Assembly (NCBI GenBank): GCA_016196885.1
Contig: JACPWU010000018.1
Location: 1 to 26,169, forward strand
DNA length: 26,169 nt
Direction of reading: 5' to 3'
Source of the DNA: Chlamydiota bacterium
GTDB lineage: Bacteria; Auribacterota; JACPWU01
Part shown: piece after piece, positions 1 to 9,474 of the stretch
Numbering within the stretch: the stretch's first letter is position 1
Layout of the letters: each line of letters opens with the position of its first letter
Notes under the pieces: generated by a model
Database searches by the model: none
The model's input: the letters and a program-made list of their open reading frames with translations, nothing else
What the model was told of the DNA's origin: nothing
Program-made: the position numbers and the translations under genes

Positions 1-202
1 CATTGGGTGGTCTCCTTTTCTTATGTTGGATGACGTTTGGGTCAACCATTCTTCTCCCCTTCATAATAGCCGAACACTTCGTGTTCAGAGCTCATCAAGT
101 TTAAATACTTGGGGAGACCACCTTTTCCAATTTACCGACAGTGATAGGAAATACTCCTAACTTTCTTTACCCCATCATGTTATAACCTAGCTCTGTTTGA
201 GA

Positions 203-231
203 TTGTGATGCTCTTCGGCCTGTGTTAAAAT
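203..231 (+). promoter_or_regulatory. putative sigma70-type promoter upstream of hisD
   Basis: TTGTGA (203-208), a 17-nt spacer, then TAAAAT (226-231) preceded by TGT (extended -10 like). It lies about 45 nt upstream of the hisD ATG. Sequence match only. Confidence 0.3.
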
Positions 232-275
232 TACCCACCTTTGGTTTTGAGTCCAATTTTACAAGGTGTTCTTGA

Positions 276-1538
276 ATGAAAATTGTTAAGAGAAATGAAT
301 TAGATTTGTCTGGCGGGACTTCTTTCCCACGAGAAGTGGAACAGAGAGTCTCTGAAATTTTACAGGCGGTTCAGATCAGAGGGGATGAGGCGCTTTTAGA
401 GTTTGAACGCCAATTTGATCATGTAGATTTGGCCGCCTCAGGGCTTCGCGTTTCAACTCAGGAATTTTCTCAGGCGAAGCGCAAAGTGCCGACTTCTTTT
501 AAGAAGGTTTTGGCTTGGGTCGCGAGGAATATTCAAAGGTATCAGAAAGATTTGCTTTTTAAGGATAGGGTGAAGGCTTATGGACGTGTAAGGCTTGGAT
601 CTTTGGTGCGACCGTTAAACCGGGTGGGGGTTTACATTCCGGGAGGGACGGCGCCTCTGGTTTCAACTGTGATGATGACGGTGATCCCGGCCCAGGTTGC
701 AGGGGTAAAAGAAATTTTTGTCGCGACTCCGCCCAATCGCTATGGAGAGATTCATCCTTATATTTTAGCGGCTTGCCAGCAAGCGGGAGTGAAAAACGTT
801 TTTAAAGTGGGAGGGGCTCAAGCAGTCGGTGCCTTTGCTTTTGGAACCAAGACCATCCCTAAGGTAGATAAAATTGTGGGCCCTGGAAATATTTATGTCG
901 CGAGTGCCAAGCGTCAAGTTTACGGTTTTGTCGGGATTGACATGGTGGCGGGTCCCAGTGAAGTGTTGGTGATTGCCGATGATTCTGCAAATCCAAAATA
1001 TGTTGCGGCGGATCTTTTGGCGCAAGCAGAGCATGATGTGATGGCTCGAACCTTTTTGGTGACGACGTCTAAAACATTGGCTGAAAAAGTTTTGAAGGAA
1101 ATCGAAATTCAATTGGCAAATTTAAGCCGCTTTGAAATTGCACGACAATCGATTCAAGAGAGGGGTTTTATTATTATTGTGAAAAATTTAGAAGAAGCTG
1201 TTTCACTCACAAATGAAATTGCTCCAGAGCATGTGGAGATTCTTTGTCGAAAGCCAAAGAACATTGTATCTGGCATTCAGAGTGCGGGCGCCATTTTTGT
1301 GGGGGAATCCACGCCGGAACCAGTGGGAGATTATGTCGCGGGCCCCAGCCATGTGCTTCCAACCGGAGGGACCGCAAAATTTTTCTCTCCTCTTTCTTCA
1401 CGTGATTTTTTGAAATCCATCAGTTATCTCGAATACAATCGAAAGAGTTTGGCCAGTGATTTAAAGGCGATTCAGGTGTTGGCCAATGCTGAAGGGTTGG
1501 ATGCACATCGAAAGTCTGCGGAGGCACGGTTTAAATGA
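276..1538 (+). CDS. hisD: histidinol dehydrogenase
   Basis: 420-aa ORF with HisD hallmarks (GPGNIYVASAKR, QAEHD, APEHVE). Its stop overlaps the hisC start in ATGA (1535-1538). Confidence 0.95.
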   Translation: MKIVKRNELDLSGGTSFPREVEQRVSEILQAVQIRGDEALLEFERQFDHVDLAASGLRVSTQEFSQAKRKVPTSFKKVLAWVARNIQRYQKDLLFKDRVKAYGRVRLGSLVRPLNRVGVYIPGGTAPLVSTVMMTVIPAQVAGVKEIFVATPPNRYGEIHPYILAACQQAGVKNVFKVGGAQAVGAFAFGTKTIPKVDKIVGPGNIYVASAKRQVYGFVGIDMVAGPSEVLVIADDSANPKYVAADLLAQAEHDVMARTFLVTTSKTLAEKVLKEIEIQLANLSRFEIARQSIQERGFIIIVKNLEEAVSLTNEIAPEHVEILCRKPKNIVSGIQSAGAIFVGESTPEPVGDYVAGPSHVLPTGGTAKFFSPLSSRDFLKSISYLEYNRKSLASDLKAIQVLANAEGLDAHRKSAEARFK

Positions 1539-2578
1539 GCCTCTTTCGTCCGGCCGTTGAAAAAATGAAAGGCTATGTCCCGGGGTTTCAGCCCAAGGGA
1601 TTAGGTTTCATTAAACTCAATACCAATGAAAATCCATATCCCCCTTCTGAAAAGGTTTTGAATGCATTGAAAGAGGCTGTCAATGCCCGTGTCAGACTTT
1701 ATCCGGATCCTGTGGCTGATGAATTAAGAATGGAATTGGCCAAGGCGTTCCGATTTCCAAAAGATTGGATTATGGTAGGAAATGGCTCGGATGAGATTTT
1801 GAATTTGGCCATGCGTGCGGGGGTCGAAAAAAACGATAAAGTTTTAATCACAGAGCCTACGTATATCCTTTATGAAGTTTTGGCCCAGATGCAGGAGGCG
1901 AAAATCATTCGCTTGGAATTGGATGAGGATTTTAATTTACCTAAACAGGTAGATACGCGTGGGATTAAAATGACGTTCATTTCAAATCCAAACGCGCCGA
2001 CCGGGGCTCTTTTTGGTCGTGAACAATTGAGAAAAATTTGTCGAGCTTCAAAGGGGATTGTGTTGATTGATGAGGCCTATGCTGATTTTGCAAAAGAGAA
2101 TTGCCTGGATTTTGTGAGAGAGTTTAAAAATGTAATTGTGACACGAACCCTTTCAAAATCTTATTCGTTGGCGGGCTTAAGAATTGGGTTTGCTATCGCA
2201 CGACCCCAGGTGATCGAGACCCTGATGAAGCTTAAGGATTCTTATAATGTGAATCGCTTGAGTCAAGTGGCAGGAATTGCCGCGATTCGGGATCGAGGGG
2301 TGATGAAGCGAACGGTTCAGCAAATCATTCGCGACCGGGAGTTTCTCATTCAGCATTTAGAACGATTGGATTTTTCTGTCATTCCTTCACAGACCAATTT
2401 TATTTTTGTGAAGCATGCTCGTTATGATGCTTTCAAACTATTGAAAGAGCTGGAGAGGAAGAAAATTTTGGTGAGATTTTTCAATCGTCCCCGGTTAAAA
2501 GAATATTTAAGAATCAGTATTGGGAGGAATCAGGAGATGATTAAGTTGGTGAGGGAGCTGGAGAGAATTTTAAAATGA
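1535..2578 (+). CDS. hisC: histidinol-phosphate aminotransferase
   Basis: 347-aa ORF of the class-II aminotransferase type with a PLP-lysine context (TLSKSYSLAGLRIGF). Operon position is between hisD and hisB. Confidence 0.93.
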   Translation: MSLFRPAVEKMKGYVPGFQPKGLGFIKLNTNENPYPPSEKVLNALKEAVNARVRLYPDPVADELRMELAKAFRFPKDWIMVGNGSDEILNLAMRAGVEKNDKVLITEPTYILYEVLAQMQEAKIIRLELDEDFNLPKQVDTRGIKMTFISNPNAPTGALFGREQLRKICRASKGIVLIDEAYADFAKENCLDFVREFKNVIVTRTLSKSYSLAGLRIGFAIARPQVIETLMKLKDSYNVNRLSQVAGIAAIRDRGVMKRTVQQIIRDREFLIQHLERLDFSVIPSQTNFIFVKHARYDAFKLLKELERKKILVRFFNRPRLKEYLRISIGRNQEMIKLVRELERILK

Positions 2579-2597
2579 GACCTTTTTAAGAGGTCTC
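2577..2597. repeat. small hairpin overlapping the hisC stop codon
   Basis: A 7-bp stem, GAGACCT (2577-2583) with AGGTCTC (2591-2597). The 18-mer GACCTTTTTAAGAGGTCT (2579-2596) recurs 17/18 at 9580-9597. Confidence 0.5.
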
Positions 2598-2628
2598 TAG
2601 TGTATCCAGCATTCTTTTACTTTTGATT

Positions 2629-2738
2629 GTCATCTCGAGTCCTCCCCGATGTCAATCGGGGAGGAACGAGAGATCTTTCTTTTAGCGCTGGGCGAAAGGC
2701 AGGATTTCTCCCCCGATTTCGATCGGAGTCGAAATGAC
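2629..2738. repeat. composite palindromic spacer element (hisC-hisB)
   Basis: The outer arms GTCATCTCGAG (2629-2639) and GTCGAAATGAC (2728-2738) are complementary at 9 of 11 positions. Inside is a perfect 10-bp hairpin, CCTCCCCGAT-gtca-ATCGGGGAGG (2641-2664), and a second CCGAT-ttcg-ATCGG hairpin near 2712-2725. Confidence 0.55.
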
Positions 2739-2814
2739 ATGATTTGTAAAGCTATTGATTCAGCATTACACTAGAAATAAAGCTTTTAAGAGATATCCAA
2801 AGAAGGAGAACAAC

Positions 2815-3399
2815 GTGAAACGAGTTGCCCAAATCAGTCGCAAGACAAAAGAGACGGACATTCAGTTGAGGTTGAATTTAGATGGTCAAGGGATTCATCA
2901 GGTCAAAACGGGCATGGGGTTTTTTGATCACATGCTTCAGTCTTTGGCCAAGCATGCCCAGTTTGATTTGGAATTAAAGGCCAAAGGCGATCTTCATGTG
3001 GATTATCACCACACCATAGAAGATGTAGGCTTGGTGTTGGGGGAGGTACTTCGCAAAGCGTTGGGTACGAAGGCAGGCATTGAGCGCTTTGGTTTTGGTT
3101 TTGTTCCCATGGATGAATCCTTGGCGAAGGTGGTCCTGGACTTAAGCGGGCGACCCTATCTTCATTACGATGTGCAATGTAAAACAAAGTGGATTCGGGA
3201 TTTCGATTTGTCTATCATGCATGAGTTTTTTAATGCATTGTCACAAACGGGACTGATGACACTTCACATGACTTTGGAATATGGCAAGAATCCTCATCAT
3301 ATTTATGAAGCGCTTTTTAAGGCGTTGGCAAGAGCTCTAAAGATGGCGGTGAAAAGAGGGGATACAAAGAGTGTCCCGTCCACTAAGGGAGTTCTTTAG
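2815..3399 (+). CDS. hisB: imidazoleglycerol-phosphate dehydratase (monofunctional)
   Basis: IGPD motifs are present (HHTIEDVGLVLG, NPHHIYEALFKALARAL). The ORF track starts at 2755, but GTG 2815 is preceded by AAGGAG (2803-2808) and matches the usual IGPD N-terminus (KRVAQISRKTKETDI). There is no phosphatase domain. Confidence 0.9.
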   Translation: MKRVAQISRKTKETDIQLRLNLDGQGIHQVKTGMGFFDHMLQSLAKHAQFDLELKAKGDLHVDYHHTIEDVGLVLGEVLRKALGTKAGIERFGFGFVPMDESLAKVVLDLSGRPYLHYDVQCKTKWIRDFDLSIMHEFFNALSQTGLMTLHMTLEYGKNPHHIYEALFKALARALKMAVKRGDTKSVPSTKGVL

Positions 3400-3411
3400 T
3401 TTGACGTTTGT

Positions 3412-3439
3412 CGAGCAACGATTCACGATATACGAGCAA
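3412..3439. repeat. tandem degenerate heptads CGANNNA x4
   Basis: The units are CGAGCAA CGATTCA CGATATA CGAGCAA, ending 8 nt before the hisH ATG. Confidence 0.5.
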
Positions 3440-3447
3440 CGGTTTTT

Positions 3448-4056
3448 ATGATCTCAATCATTGATTATGGAATGGGAAATTTGAGGAGCGTTGAGAAGGC
3501 CTTTGCGAGTTTGGGGTTTAAGGCTGAGATTACACGTGATCCAAAGACCATTTCTAAAAGCGATAAGGTTATTTTTCCTGGGGTGGGTGCCTTTGCACAG
3601 TGCATGAAGAATTTAAAGGGCTATGGTCTTGAGACAACCGTTTTAGAGGCGGCTCGCTCAGGCAAGCCTTTTCTTGGAATTTGCCTGGGGCTTCAAATGC
3701 TTTTTGAGGAAAGTGACGAGGGAGGACAGCATTTGGGGTTGGGAATTTTAAGAGGAAAAGTGATTCGATTTACAGGGAATATGAAAGTCCCTCACATGGG
3801 ATGGAATCAAATTTATTTTTCTTCAAGAGAGAGTGACTGCCCTATTTTAAAGGGAGTTTCATCGGGGAGTTATGTCTATTTTGTGCATTCTTATTATGGA
3901 ATCGCTCAAGAGGAAAAGGTGGTAGCGGCTCGGACGGACTATGGCGTACAATTTCCGTCTGTTGTTTGGAAAGATCATTTATTTGCCACGCAATTTCATC
4001 CTGAGAAAAGTCAGGAAGTGGGACTTAAAATTTTAAAAAATTTTGGAGAGCTGTAA
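3448..4056 (+). CDS. hisH: imidazole glycerol phosphate synthase, glutamine amidotransferase subunit
   Basis: 202-aa class-I GATase with a nucleophile-Cys context (GICLGLQMLF) and a C-terminal FHPEKS. Confidence 0.95.
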   Translation: MISIIDYGMGNLRSVEKAFASLGFKAEITRDPKTISKSDKVIFPGVGAFAQCMKNLKGYGLETTVLEAARSGKPFLGICLGLQMLFEESDEGGQHLGLGILRGKVIRFTGNMKVPHMGWNQIYFSSRESDCPILKGVSSGSYVYFVHSYYGIAQEEKVVAARTDYGVQFPSVVWKDHLFATQFHPEKSQEVGLKILKNFGEL

Positions 4057-4061
4057 AAACG

Positions 4062-4134
4062 GTACGTCGTACTTCGTGCATCGAACATCGATCGTTCCTT
4101 GTAGGTGAAGTACGAAGTACGATGTTCATAGCAC
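4062..4134. repeat. heptad-periodic complementary blocks (GTACTTC/GAAGTAC family)
   Basis: The left block is GTACGTC GTACTTC GTGCATC GAACATC GATCGTT (4062-4096). The right block is GAAGTAC GAAGTAC GATGTTC ATAGCAC (4107-4134). Confidence 0.7.
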
Positions 4135-4158
4135 GGTCTTATTTAAGGAGATTTTAAA

Positions 4159-4869
4159 ATGCTTGTGATTCCCGCAATTGATATTAAAGGTGGAAAATGT
4201 GTGCGTTTGACACAAGGTGATTTTTCGAAGGAGACGGTTTACGCGGAAGATCCATCTCAGATGGCCTTGCGCTGGCAAAATAAGGGCGCCAAATACCTGC
4301 ATGTCGTAGATTTAGATGGAGCCTTGGCGGGTCGGCCCGTGAATTATAAAACCATTCAAGAAATGACCATGGATCTTTTGGTGCCGTTTGAATATGGTGG
4401 AGGTATACGAGATTTTGAAAGTATTGAGAAAGCTCTTTCCTTGGGAGCGGACCGGGCTGTGTTAGGTACCATGGCTTACGAGTCGGAAGATTTTTTGGAG
4501 AGTGCGATTCGAGAATTTAAAAAGAGGGTGGCCGTAGCCATTGATGCCAAAGGGGGGCTTGTAGCGGTGAGTGGTTGGACGAAGGAAACAGCGGTAGATC
4601 CTGTTTTTCTGGCCAAACAAATGAAGAAGATGGGTGTGAGTGTGGTTATTTACACCGATATTCTTTCGGATGGTGCGTTAAAAGGGCCCAATTATAAGGC
4701 CATTGAATATTTGGTAGATTCCGTGAAAATGCCGATCATTGTTTCAGGAGGGGTGACCACAAAAGAAGATGTTGCGAGATTAAAAAATCTGGAACACAAG
4801 GGGGTCGTGGGCATGATTGTGGGCAAGGCGCTTTATACGGGAGATATTAAATTGGAAGAAGTGGTGTAG
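4159..4869 (+). CDS. hisA: ProFAR isomerase
   Basis: 236 aa with N-terminal VIPAIDIKGGKCVRL, a (beta/alpha)8 HisA pattern. AAGGAG lies 8 nt upstream of the ATG. Confidence 0.95.
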   Translation: MLVIPAIDIKGGKCVRLTQGDFSKETVYAEDPSQMALRWQNKGAKYLHVVDLDGALAGRPVNYKTIQEMTMDLLVPFEYGGGIRDFESIEKALSLGADRAVLGTMAYESEDFLESAIREFKKRVAVAIDAKGGLVAVSGWTKETAVDPVFLAKQMKKMGVSVVIYTDILSDGALKGPNYKAIEYLVDSVKMPIIVSGGVTTKEDVARLKNLEHKGVVGMIVGKALYTGDIKLEEVV

Positions 4870-4886
4870 TTAAATCAAAAATGACA

Positions 4887-4971
4887 ACAGTCGTGAGTCG
4901 TCTGTCGTGGGTCGTGAGTTTTAAAGGTATTATTTTTTACTCACGACTCACCCCTCACGACTCACGACTGT
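4887..4971. repeat. long heptad-based hairpin (GTCGTGA family) followed by T5
   Basis: The arms are 4887-4919 and 4939-4971. There are 15 perfect bp outside, a 9x9 internal loop, 9 perfect bp inside and a 19-nt loop. TTTTT at 4971-4975 overlaps the last stem base, and the AGGAG of hisF follows. Confidence 0.85.
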
Positions 4972-4986
4972 TTTTAGGAGTTTTTC

Positions 4987-5742
4987 ATGCTTGCCAAGCG
5001 TATTATCCCTTGCTTAGATGTCGACAAAGGTCGTGTTGTGAAGGGCGTTAAATTTTTAGGGCTGAAAGATGCAGGAGATCCTGTGGAGGTGGCTCGGCGT
5101 TATGATCAGGAGGGAGCCGATGAGTTGATTTTTTTGGATATCACGGCTTCATCGGAAAATCGCGGCCTGATTCTTGGCATCATTGAGAGAACAGCTGAGC
5201 AAGTTTTTATGCCACTGACGGTAGGTGGTGGGATTCAGAATCTGGAAGACATTCGTTCACTTCTGAAAGCAGGAGCGGACAAGATTTCTATTAATACGTC
5301 GGCTGTGAAAAGGCCGGAGTTGATTAAAGAGGCTTCAGATCGTTTTGGAAGTCAATGCATTGTGGTTGCGATAGATGCTCAAAAAAAAGGGGATGGCTGG
5401 GAAGTTTATACGCATGGAGGAAGGAACCCGACGGGTTTGGATGTCGTGGAGTGGGCTGCGCGTGTGGTGGAATTGGGCGCGGGCGAAATTCTTTTGACGA
5501 GCATGGATCGAGATGGAACAAAGGAAGGATACGATTTGGAATTGACTTGGGCCGTCTCGAGCGCCATTTCTGTTCCTGTGATTGCCTCAGGCGGGGCAGG
5601 TCGGCTGGATCATTTGTATGACGTTTTGGGTGAGGGAGGAGCTGATGCAGTTTTAGCGGCTTCCATTTTTCATTATCGAGAGTTTTTGATTTCAGATGCT
5701 AAGAAATTTTTAAAAGAAAGGGGAGTGGAGGTTCGCTTATGA
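4987..5742 (+). CDS. hisF: imidazole glycerol phosphate synthase, cyclase subunit
   Basis: 251 aa with [15 protein letters not shown] and SGGAG motifs. AGGAG lies 7 nt upstream. The stop overlaps the hisI start (ATGA). Confidence 0.96.
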   Translation: MLAKRIIPCLDVDKGRVVKGVKFLGLKDAGDPVEVARRYDQEGADELIFLDITASSENRGLILGIIERTAEQVFMPLTVGGGIQNLEDIRSLLKAGADKISINTSAVKRPELIKEASDRFGSQCIVVAIDAQKKGDGWEVYTHGGRNPTGLDVVEWAARVVELGAGEILLTSMDRDGTKEGYDLELTWAVSSAISVPVIASGGAGRLDHLYDVLGEGGADAVLAASIFHYREFLISDAKKFLKERGVEVRL

Positions 5743-6119
5743 AATTTAATTTGGAGTCTTTGAAATTTGATGAAAATGGTTTGATCCCTGTGATTATTCA
5801 AGATGAGAAAAACTTAGAAGTGCTGATGATGGCTTATATGAATTTGGATTCACTTCGAGAGACTCTGAAAGATGGAAAGACTTCGTTCTGGAGTCGGTCT
5901 CGCAAGAAATATTGGTTGAAGGGGGAAACCTCAGGACATTTTCAACATGTGAAATCTGTTTTTTATGATTGCGACAAAGACACCCTTCTGATCAAGGTAG
6001 AACAGATTGGCGGCGCTTGTCATGACGGCTATCGCTCCTGTTTTTATACGGAGTTGAAGGGGGATGAGACAAGAGTGCTGGGTGAGAAGGTGTTTGATCC
6101 TGAAAAAAAATATAAATAA
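5739..6119 (+). CDS. hisI: phosphoribosyl-AMP cyclohydrolase (HisI domain only)
   Basis: 126 aa with [17 protein letters not shown] and the Cys-rich ACH..YRSCF motif. It is too short to include the HisE pyrophosphohydrolase domain. Confidence 0.9.
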   Translation: MKFNLESLKFDENGLIPVIIQDEKNLEVLMMAYMNLDSLRETLKDGKTSFWSRSRKKYWLKGETSGHFQHVKSVFYDCDKDTLLIKVEQIGGACHDGYRSCFYTELKGDETRVLGEKVFDPEKKYK

Positions 6120-6122
6120 AAC

Positions 6123-6195
6123 CGTACTTCGTACGGCGAACTTCGAACATCGTTTTGAAAGGTTTTATTTTTCGAAGTACGAAGTACGAAGTACG
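6123..6195. repeat. long heptad-based hairpin (GTACTTC/CGAAGTA family)
   Basis: Left arm 6123-6147 pairs with right arm 6171-6195: 12 bp, a 5x5 internal loop (2 of its 5 positions can still pair), then 8 bp. The right arm is (CGAAGTA)x3. The loop is 23 nt. Confidence 0.85.
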
Positions 6196-6218
6196 ATGTC
6201 CGATATACGAGATTTAAA

Positions 6219-7730
6219 ATGATCCATCCATCTCGAGAAGAGTTTATTAAGAAAGTGAAACAGGGTAATTTAATTCCCGTTTATAAAGAAATCCTGGCGG
6301 ATTTTGAGACGCCGGTGTCTGCCTATTTAAAAATAGCGGATGGGGAGTATTCTTTCTTGCTCGAAAGTGTGGAGGGCAATGAAAAAGTCGGGCGCTATTC
6401 TTTTTTGGGGAGCTCTCCCAAGTGGATTTTCTCAAGCCAAGGGGAAAAAGTAACCTTTGAAGAAGGGATCTATACAAAGGCTTATTCTACTGCGGATCCT
6501 TTGCAGGAATTGAGAAAACTTTTAAAAATTTATCGCGTGGTGAAAGACGAGAATTTACCGAGATTTTTTGGGGGGGCTGTCGGCTATGTCGGCTACGGTA
6601 TGGTAAAATTTTTTGATGGCATTGCCCAAGATAAATCGAAGGATGAGGATTTACCTGATTTGTGCTTTATGTTGGCGGATACTTTATTGGCTTTTGACCA
6701 TGTTCAGCATCGCTTGAAGATTATGACCAATGCCTTTGTAGGAGAAGGGGCCCATCCCGAAAAAGTTTATGAAGAAGCTGTTCGAAAAGTTGAGGAGATT
6801 GAACAAAAATTACTTCAAGAAAAAAAGGCGATGATCATTTCTTTGGATTCGTCAGAGATTGCTTCTCATGAAGAGGCTATGTCTAATTTTTCTAAAAAGG
6901 ATTTTCAGGCCATTGTTGAGAAGTCCAAGGAATACATTCGAGCAGGGGATATTTTTCAGGTGGTTTTGTCTCAGCGATTTTGCGTGGATTTGAAGGTGGA
7001 TCCCATGACCCTTTATCGGGTCTTGAGAACGGTGAATCCTTCTCCCTATATGTTTCTTCTTAAATTTAAGAACTTTCATTTGGTGGGGACTTCTCCTGAA
7101 ATTTTAGTGCGGTGTGAAGAGGGGGTTGTGGAGGTTCGACCGATTGCGGGAACCAAGCCGAGGGGGAAGACGGCCGAAGAAGATCAGAAAAATGAGAAGG
7201 TCTTGCTCGAAGATCCTAAAGAACGCGCCGAACATATTATGCTGGTGGATTTGGGAAGGAATGACATTGGCCGCGTTTGCGAGTTTGGGTCCGTGCGTGT
7301 TTCTGAATTGATGGTGATTGAACGTTATTCTCATGTGATGCACATTGTTTCAAATGTGGTGGGAAAGCTTTCATCCGATAAAGATGCCTTTGACGTTTTG
7401 CGAGCAACCTTTCCTGCGGGAACCGTGACGGGCGCTCCTAAAATTCGGGCGATGCAAATTATTGAAGAATTAGAAAATGTGCATCGAGGCGTTTATGCGG
7501 GGGCCATTGGTTATTACAGTTTCTCAGGAGACTTGGATTCTTGCATTACGATCAGAACCATTCTTTTAAAAGATGGGAAAGCTTATGTTCAGGCGGGGGC
7601 CGGAATTGTGGCTGATTCTGTGCCGGAAAAAGAGCATCAAGAGTCTGTGAATAAGGCTAAGGCGATGATGAAGGCGATTGCAATTACGAAAAAGTTCAAA
7701 AGCTCAATCCCACGGGACTATAAAATCTGA
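6219..7730 (+). CDS. trpE: anthranilate synthase component I
   Basis: 503 aa with LLESVEG (Trp feedback region), GTKPRG and GAIGY chorismate-binding motifs. Confidence 0.95.
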   Translation: MIHPSREEFIKKVKQGNLIPVYKEILADFETPVSAYLKIADGEYSFLLESVEGNEKVGRYSFLGSSPKWIFSSQGEKVTFEEGIYTKAYSTADPLQELRKLLKIYRVVKDENLPRFFGGAVGYVGYGMVKFFDGIAQDKSKDEDLPDLCFMLADTLLAFDHVQHRLKIMTNAFVGEGAHPEKVYEEAVRKVEEIEQKLLQEKKAMIISLDSSEIASHEEAMSNFSKKDFQAIVEKSKEYIRAGDIFQVVLSQRFCVDLKVDPMTLYRVLRTVNPSPYMFLLKFKNFHLVGTSPEILVRCEEGVVEVRPIAGTKPRGKTAEEDQKNEKVLLEDPKERAEHIMLVDLGRNDIGRVCEFGSVRVSELMVIERYSHVMHIVSNVVGKLSSDKDAFDVLRATFPAGTVTGAPKIRAMQIIEELENVHRGVYAGAIGYYSFSGDLDSCITIRTILLKDGKAYVQAGAGIVADSVPEKEHQESVNKAKAMMKAIAITKKFKSSIPRDYKI

Positions 7731-7759
7731 GGTTTAAAGGTTCAAAGGAAAAACGAGAT

Positions 7760-8326
7760 ATGCTTCTGGTCATCGATAATTATGATTCATTTACGTATAA
7801 CCTTGTCCAATATTTCGGCGAGTTGGGACAAGATCCCAAGGTATTTCGCAATGACGAAATCACCGTTTCTGAAATTGAAAAACTTCACCCGCAATGGATT
7901 GTGATTTCTCCAGGGCCTTGCACTCCTCATGAGGCGGGGATTTCGAGTGAAGTCATTCGATCTCTGGGTGGGAAAATTCCGATTCTAGGGGTTTGTTTAG
8001 GGCATCAGTGTATAGGAGAAGTGTACGGGGGACAGATTGTGCGGGCTCCCAGATTGATGCATGGAAAAACGTCTCTCATTCATCACGATGGCAAAGGTCT
8101 TTTTCAAGGGATTAAAAATCCTTTTGAAGCGACGCGATATCATTCTTTGGTGATTGAACCTAAAAGTGTTCCTTCGGTGCTTGAGGTGACGGCCAAGACG
8201 GATCAAAATGAAATCATGGCGGTCCGTCATAGGAGTTTGCCAGTCTGGGGTGTTCAATTTCATCCAGAATCAATTTTAACGAAAGAGGGGAAGAAATTGC
8301 TGAATAATTTTTTGGGGATGAAATGA
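7760..8326 (+). CDS. trpG: anthranilate synthase component II (glutamine amidotransferase; possibly shared with PabA function)
   Basis: 188 aa with the GVCLGHQ nucleophile motif and FHPES. Position is between trpE and trpD. Confidence 0.9.
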   Translation: MLLVIDNYDSFTYNLVQYFGELGQDPKVFRNDEITVSEIEKLHPQWIVISPGPCTPHEAGISSEVIRSLGGKIPILGVCLGHQCIGEVYGGQIVRAPRLMHGKTSLIHHDGKGLFQGIKNPFEATRYHSLVIEPKSVPSVLEVTAKTDQNEIMAVRHRSLPVWGVQFHPESILTKEGKKLLNNFLGMK

Positions 8327-8444
8327 GGTTATCCAAAAGTTCAATGATTCCCCTCCCTTGATGGGAGGGGTTAGGGGAGGGTGATCTTAAAGACACCCCC
8401 TCCCTAACCCTCCCCACAAAGGGGAGGGAATTTTTCGGATAGCC
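8327..8444. repeat. G-rich palindromic repeat element, copy A
   Basis: It forms a three-hairpin palindrome (CCCCTCCC-ttgat-GGGAGGGG; GGGGAGGGTG...CACCCCCTCC; CCCTCCCC-acaaa-GGGGAGGG) with outer arms GGTTATCCAAAAG / TTTTTCGGATAGCC. The reverse complement of 8349-8440 matches 18656-18746 almost exactly outside the central loop. Confidence 0.9.
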
Positions 8445-8463
8445 TAATTTTTTTGGGGAATCT

Positions 8464-9474
8464 ATGATTTTCAAAGATGCTCTTGAAAAGGTGATTCAAA
8501 GAGAGAATTTGTCGGCCAAAGAAGCCTCTTTTCTTATGGAAGAGATTATGATGGGCCATCTGACACCTGCTCAAATGGGGGCATTGCTGGTGGCTCTCAG
8601 AATGAAGGGTGAAACAGTAGAGGAAATTGCTGGCTTTGCGACAGTGATGCGCAAGATGGTGAGGGAGATTCATACCCATCATCCGATTGTGGTAGATACT
8701 TGTGGGACTGGAGGGGATGGGTTAAAGACTTTTAATATTTCTACAACGGCAGCATTTGTCGTAGCGGGTGCAGGAGTGCCTGTGGCCAAGCATGGAAATG
8801 TCGCAGTTTCGAGCGCTTGTGGTAGTGCGGACCTTTTGAAGGGTTTGGGAATTAAGATTGATGCAGATCGTTCTCTGATGGAAAAAGCTTTAAATGATTT
8901 GGGCATTTGTTTTCTTTTCGCCCCTCTTTTTCATCATGCGATGAAGCATGTTGCAACGCCTCGCCGAGAGTTGGGAATTCGAACGGTTTTTAATATTTTG
9001 GGTCCCTTGACCAATCCTGCTCGTGCCAAGGCGCAGGTGTTAGGTGTTTCTCGAAAAGATTTGGTTTCGACACTGGCGCAGGTATTGATGAAGTTAGGGA
9101 GTGAGCAGGCTTTTGTGGTTTATGGCGAAGATGGATCAGATGAGGTGACGACAACCTCCCTGACGCATGTGGCCCAGTTAAAAGAAGGTCACGTGAGGTA
9201 TTTTGAATTTAATCCAGAGGAATTGGGTATTGCACGCGCATCTCTTTCAGATTTGCAAGGGGGAGATCTTCAGACAAATGTAAAGATTTCTCAAAATATA
9301 TTGGAAGGGCAAAAGGGGCCTCCTCGAGATGTGGTTTTGGTGAATGCAGCTTTTGCGATTTTAGCGGGAAATGGGGCGCTGGACTTGAAAGAGGCTTTTC
9401 AAAAGGCCCAAGAGGCCATTGATTCGGGGAAGGCGAAGCAAAAATTAGAAGAATTGGCAAAATACACCTGTTGA
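8464..9474 (+). CDS. trpD: anthranilate phosphoribosyltransferase
   Basis: 336 aa with CGTGGDG and KHGN motifs. Confidence 0.95.
   Translation: MIFKDALEKVIQRENLSAKEASFLMEEIMMGHLTPAQMGALLVALRMKGETVEEIAGFATVMRKMVREIHTHHPIVVDTCGTGGDGLKTFNISTTAAFVVAGAGVPVAKHGNVAVSSACGSADLLKGLGIKIDADRSLMEKALNDLGICFLFAPLFHHAMKHVATPRRELGIRTVFNILGPLTNPARAKAQVLGVSRKDLVSTLAQVLMKLGSEQAFVVYGEDGSDEVTTTSLTHVAQLKEGHVRYFEFNPEELGIARASLSDLQGGDLQTNVKISQNILEGQKGPPRDVVLVNAAFAILAGNGALDLKEAFQKAQEAIDSGKAKQKLEELAKYTC

Noticed and set aside
5-122. T-box-like GGGTGGT (5-11) and a 10-bp long-range inverted repeat, GGTGGTCTCC (6-15) with GGAGACCACC (113-122), plus the hairpin GAACAC-ttc-GTGTTC (82-96), all upstream of hisD. Together they could be a T-box or other leader RNA.
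   Set aside because: The match covers only the first 7 nt of the T-box core. It lies about 265 nt from the hisD start and right at the window edge. I could identify no specifier loop, no antiterminator/terminator pair and no His-codon leader peptide. The inverted repeat may be real structure, but I cannot assign it a function.
6120-6218. A trp attenuator or leader peptide, or TRAP-binding repeats, between hisI and trpE.
   Set aside because: There is no short ORF with tandem Trp codons and no spaced GAG/UAG triplet series. The spacer is accounted for by the heptad hairpin.
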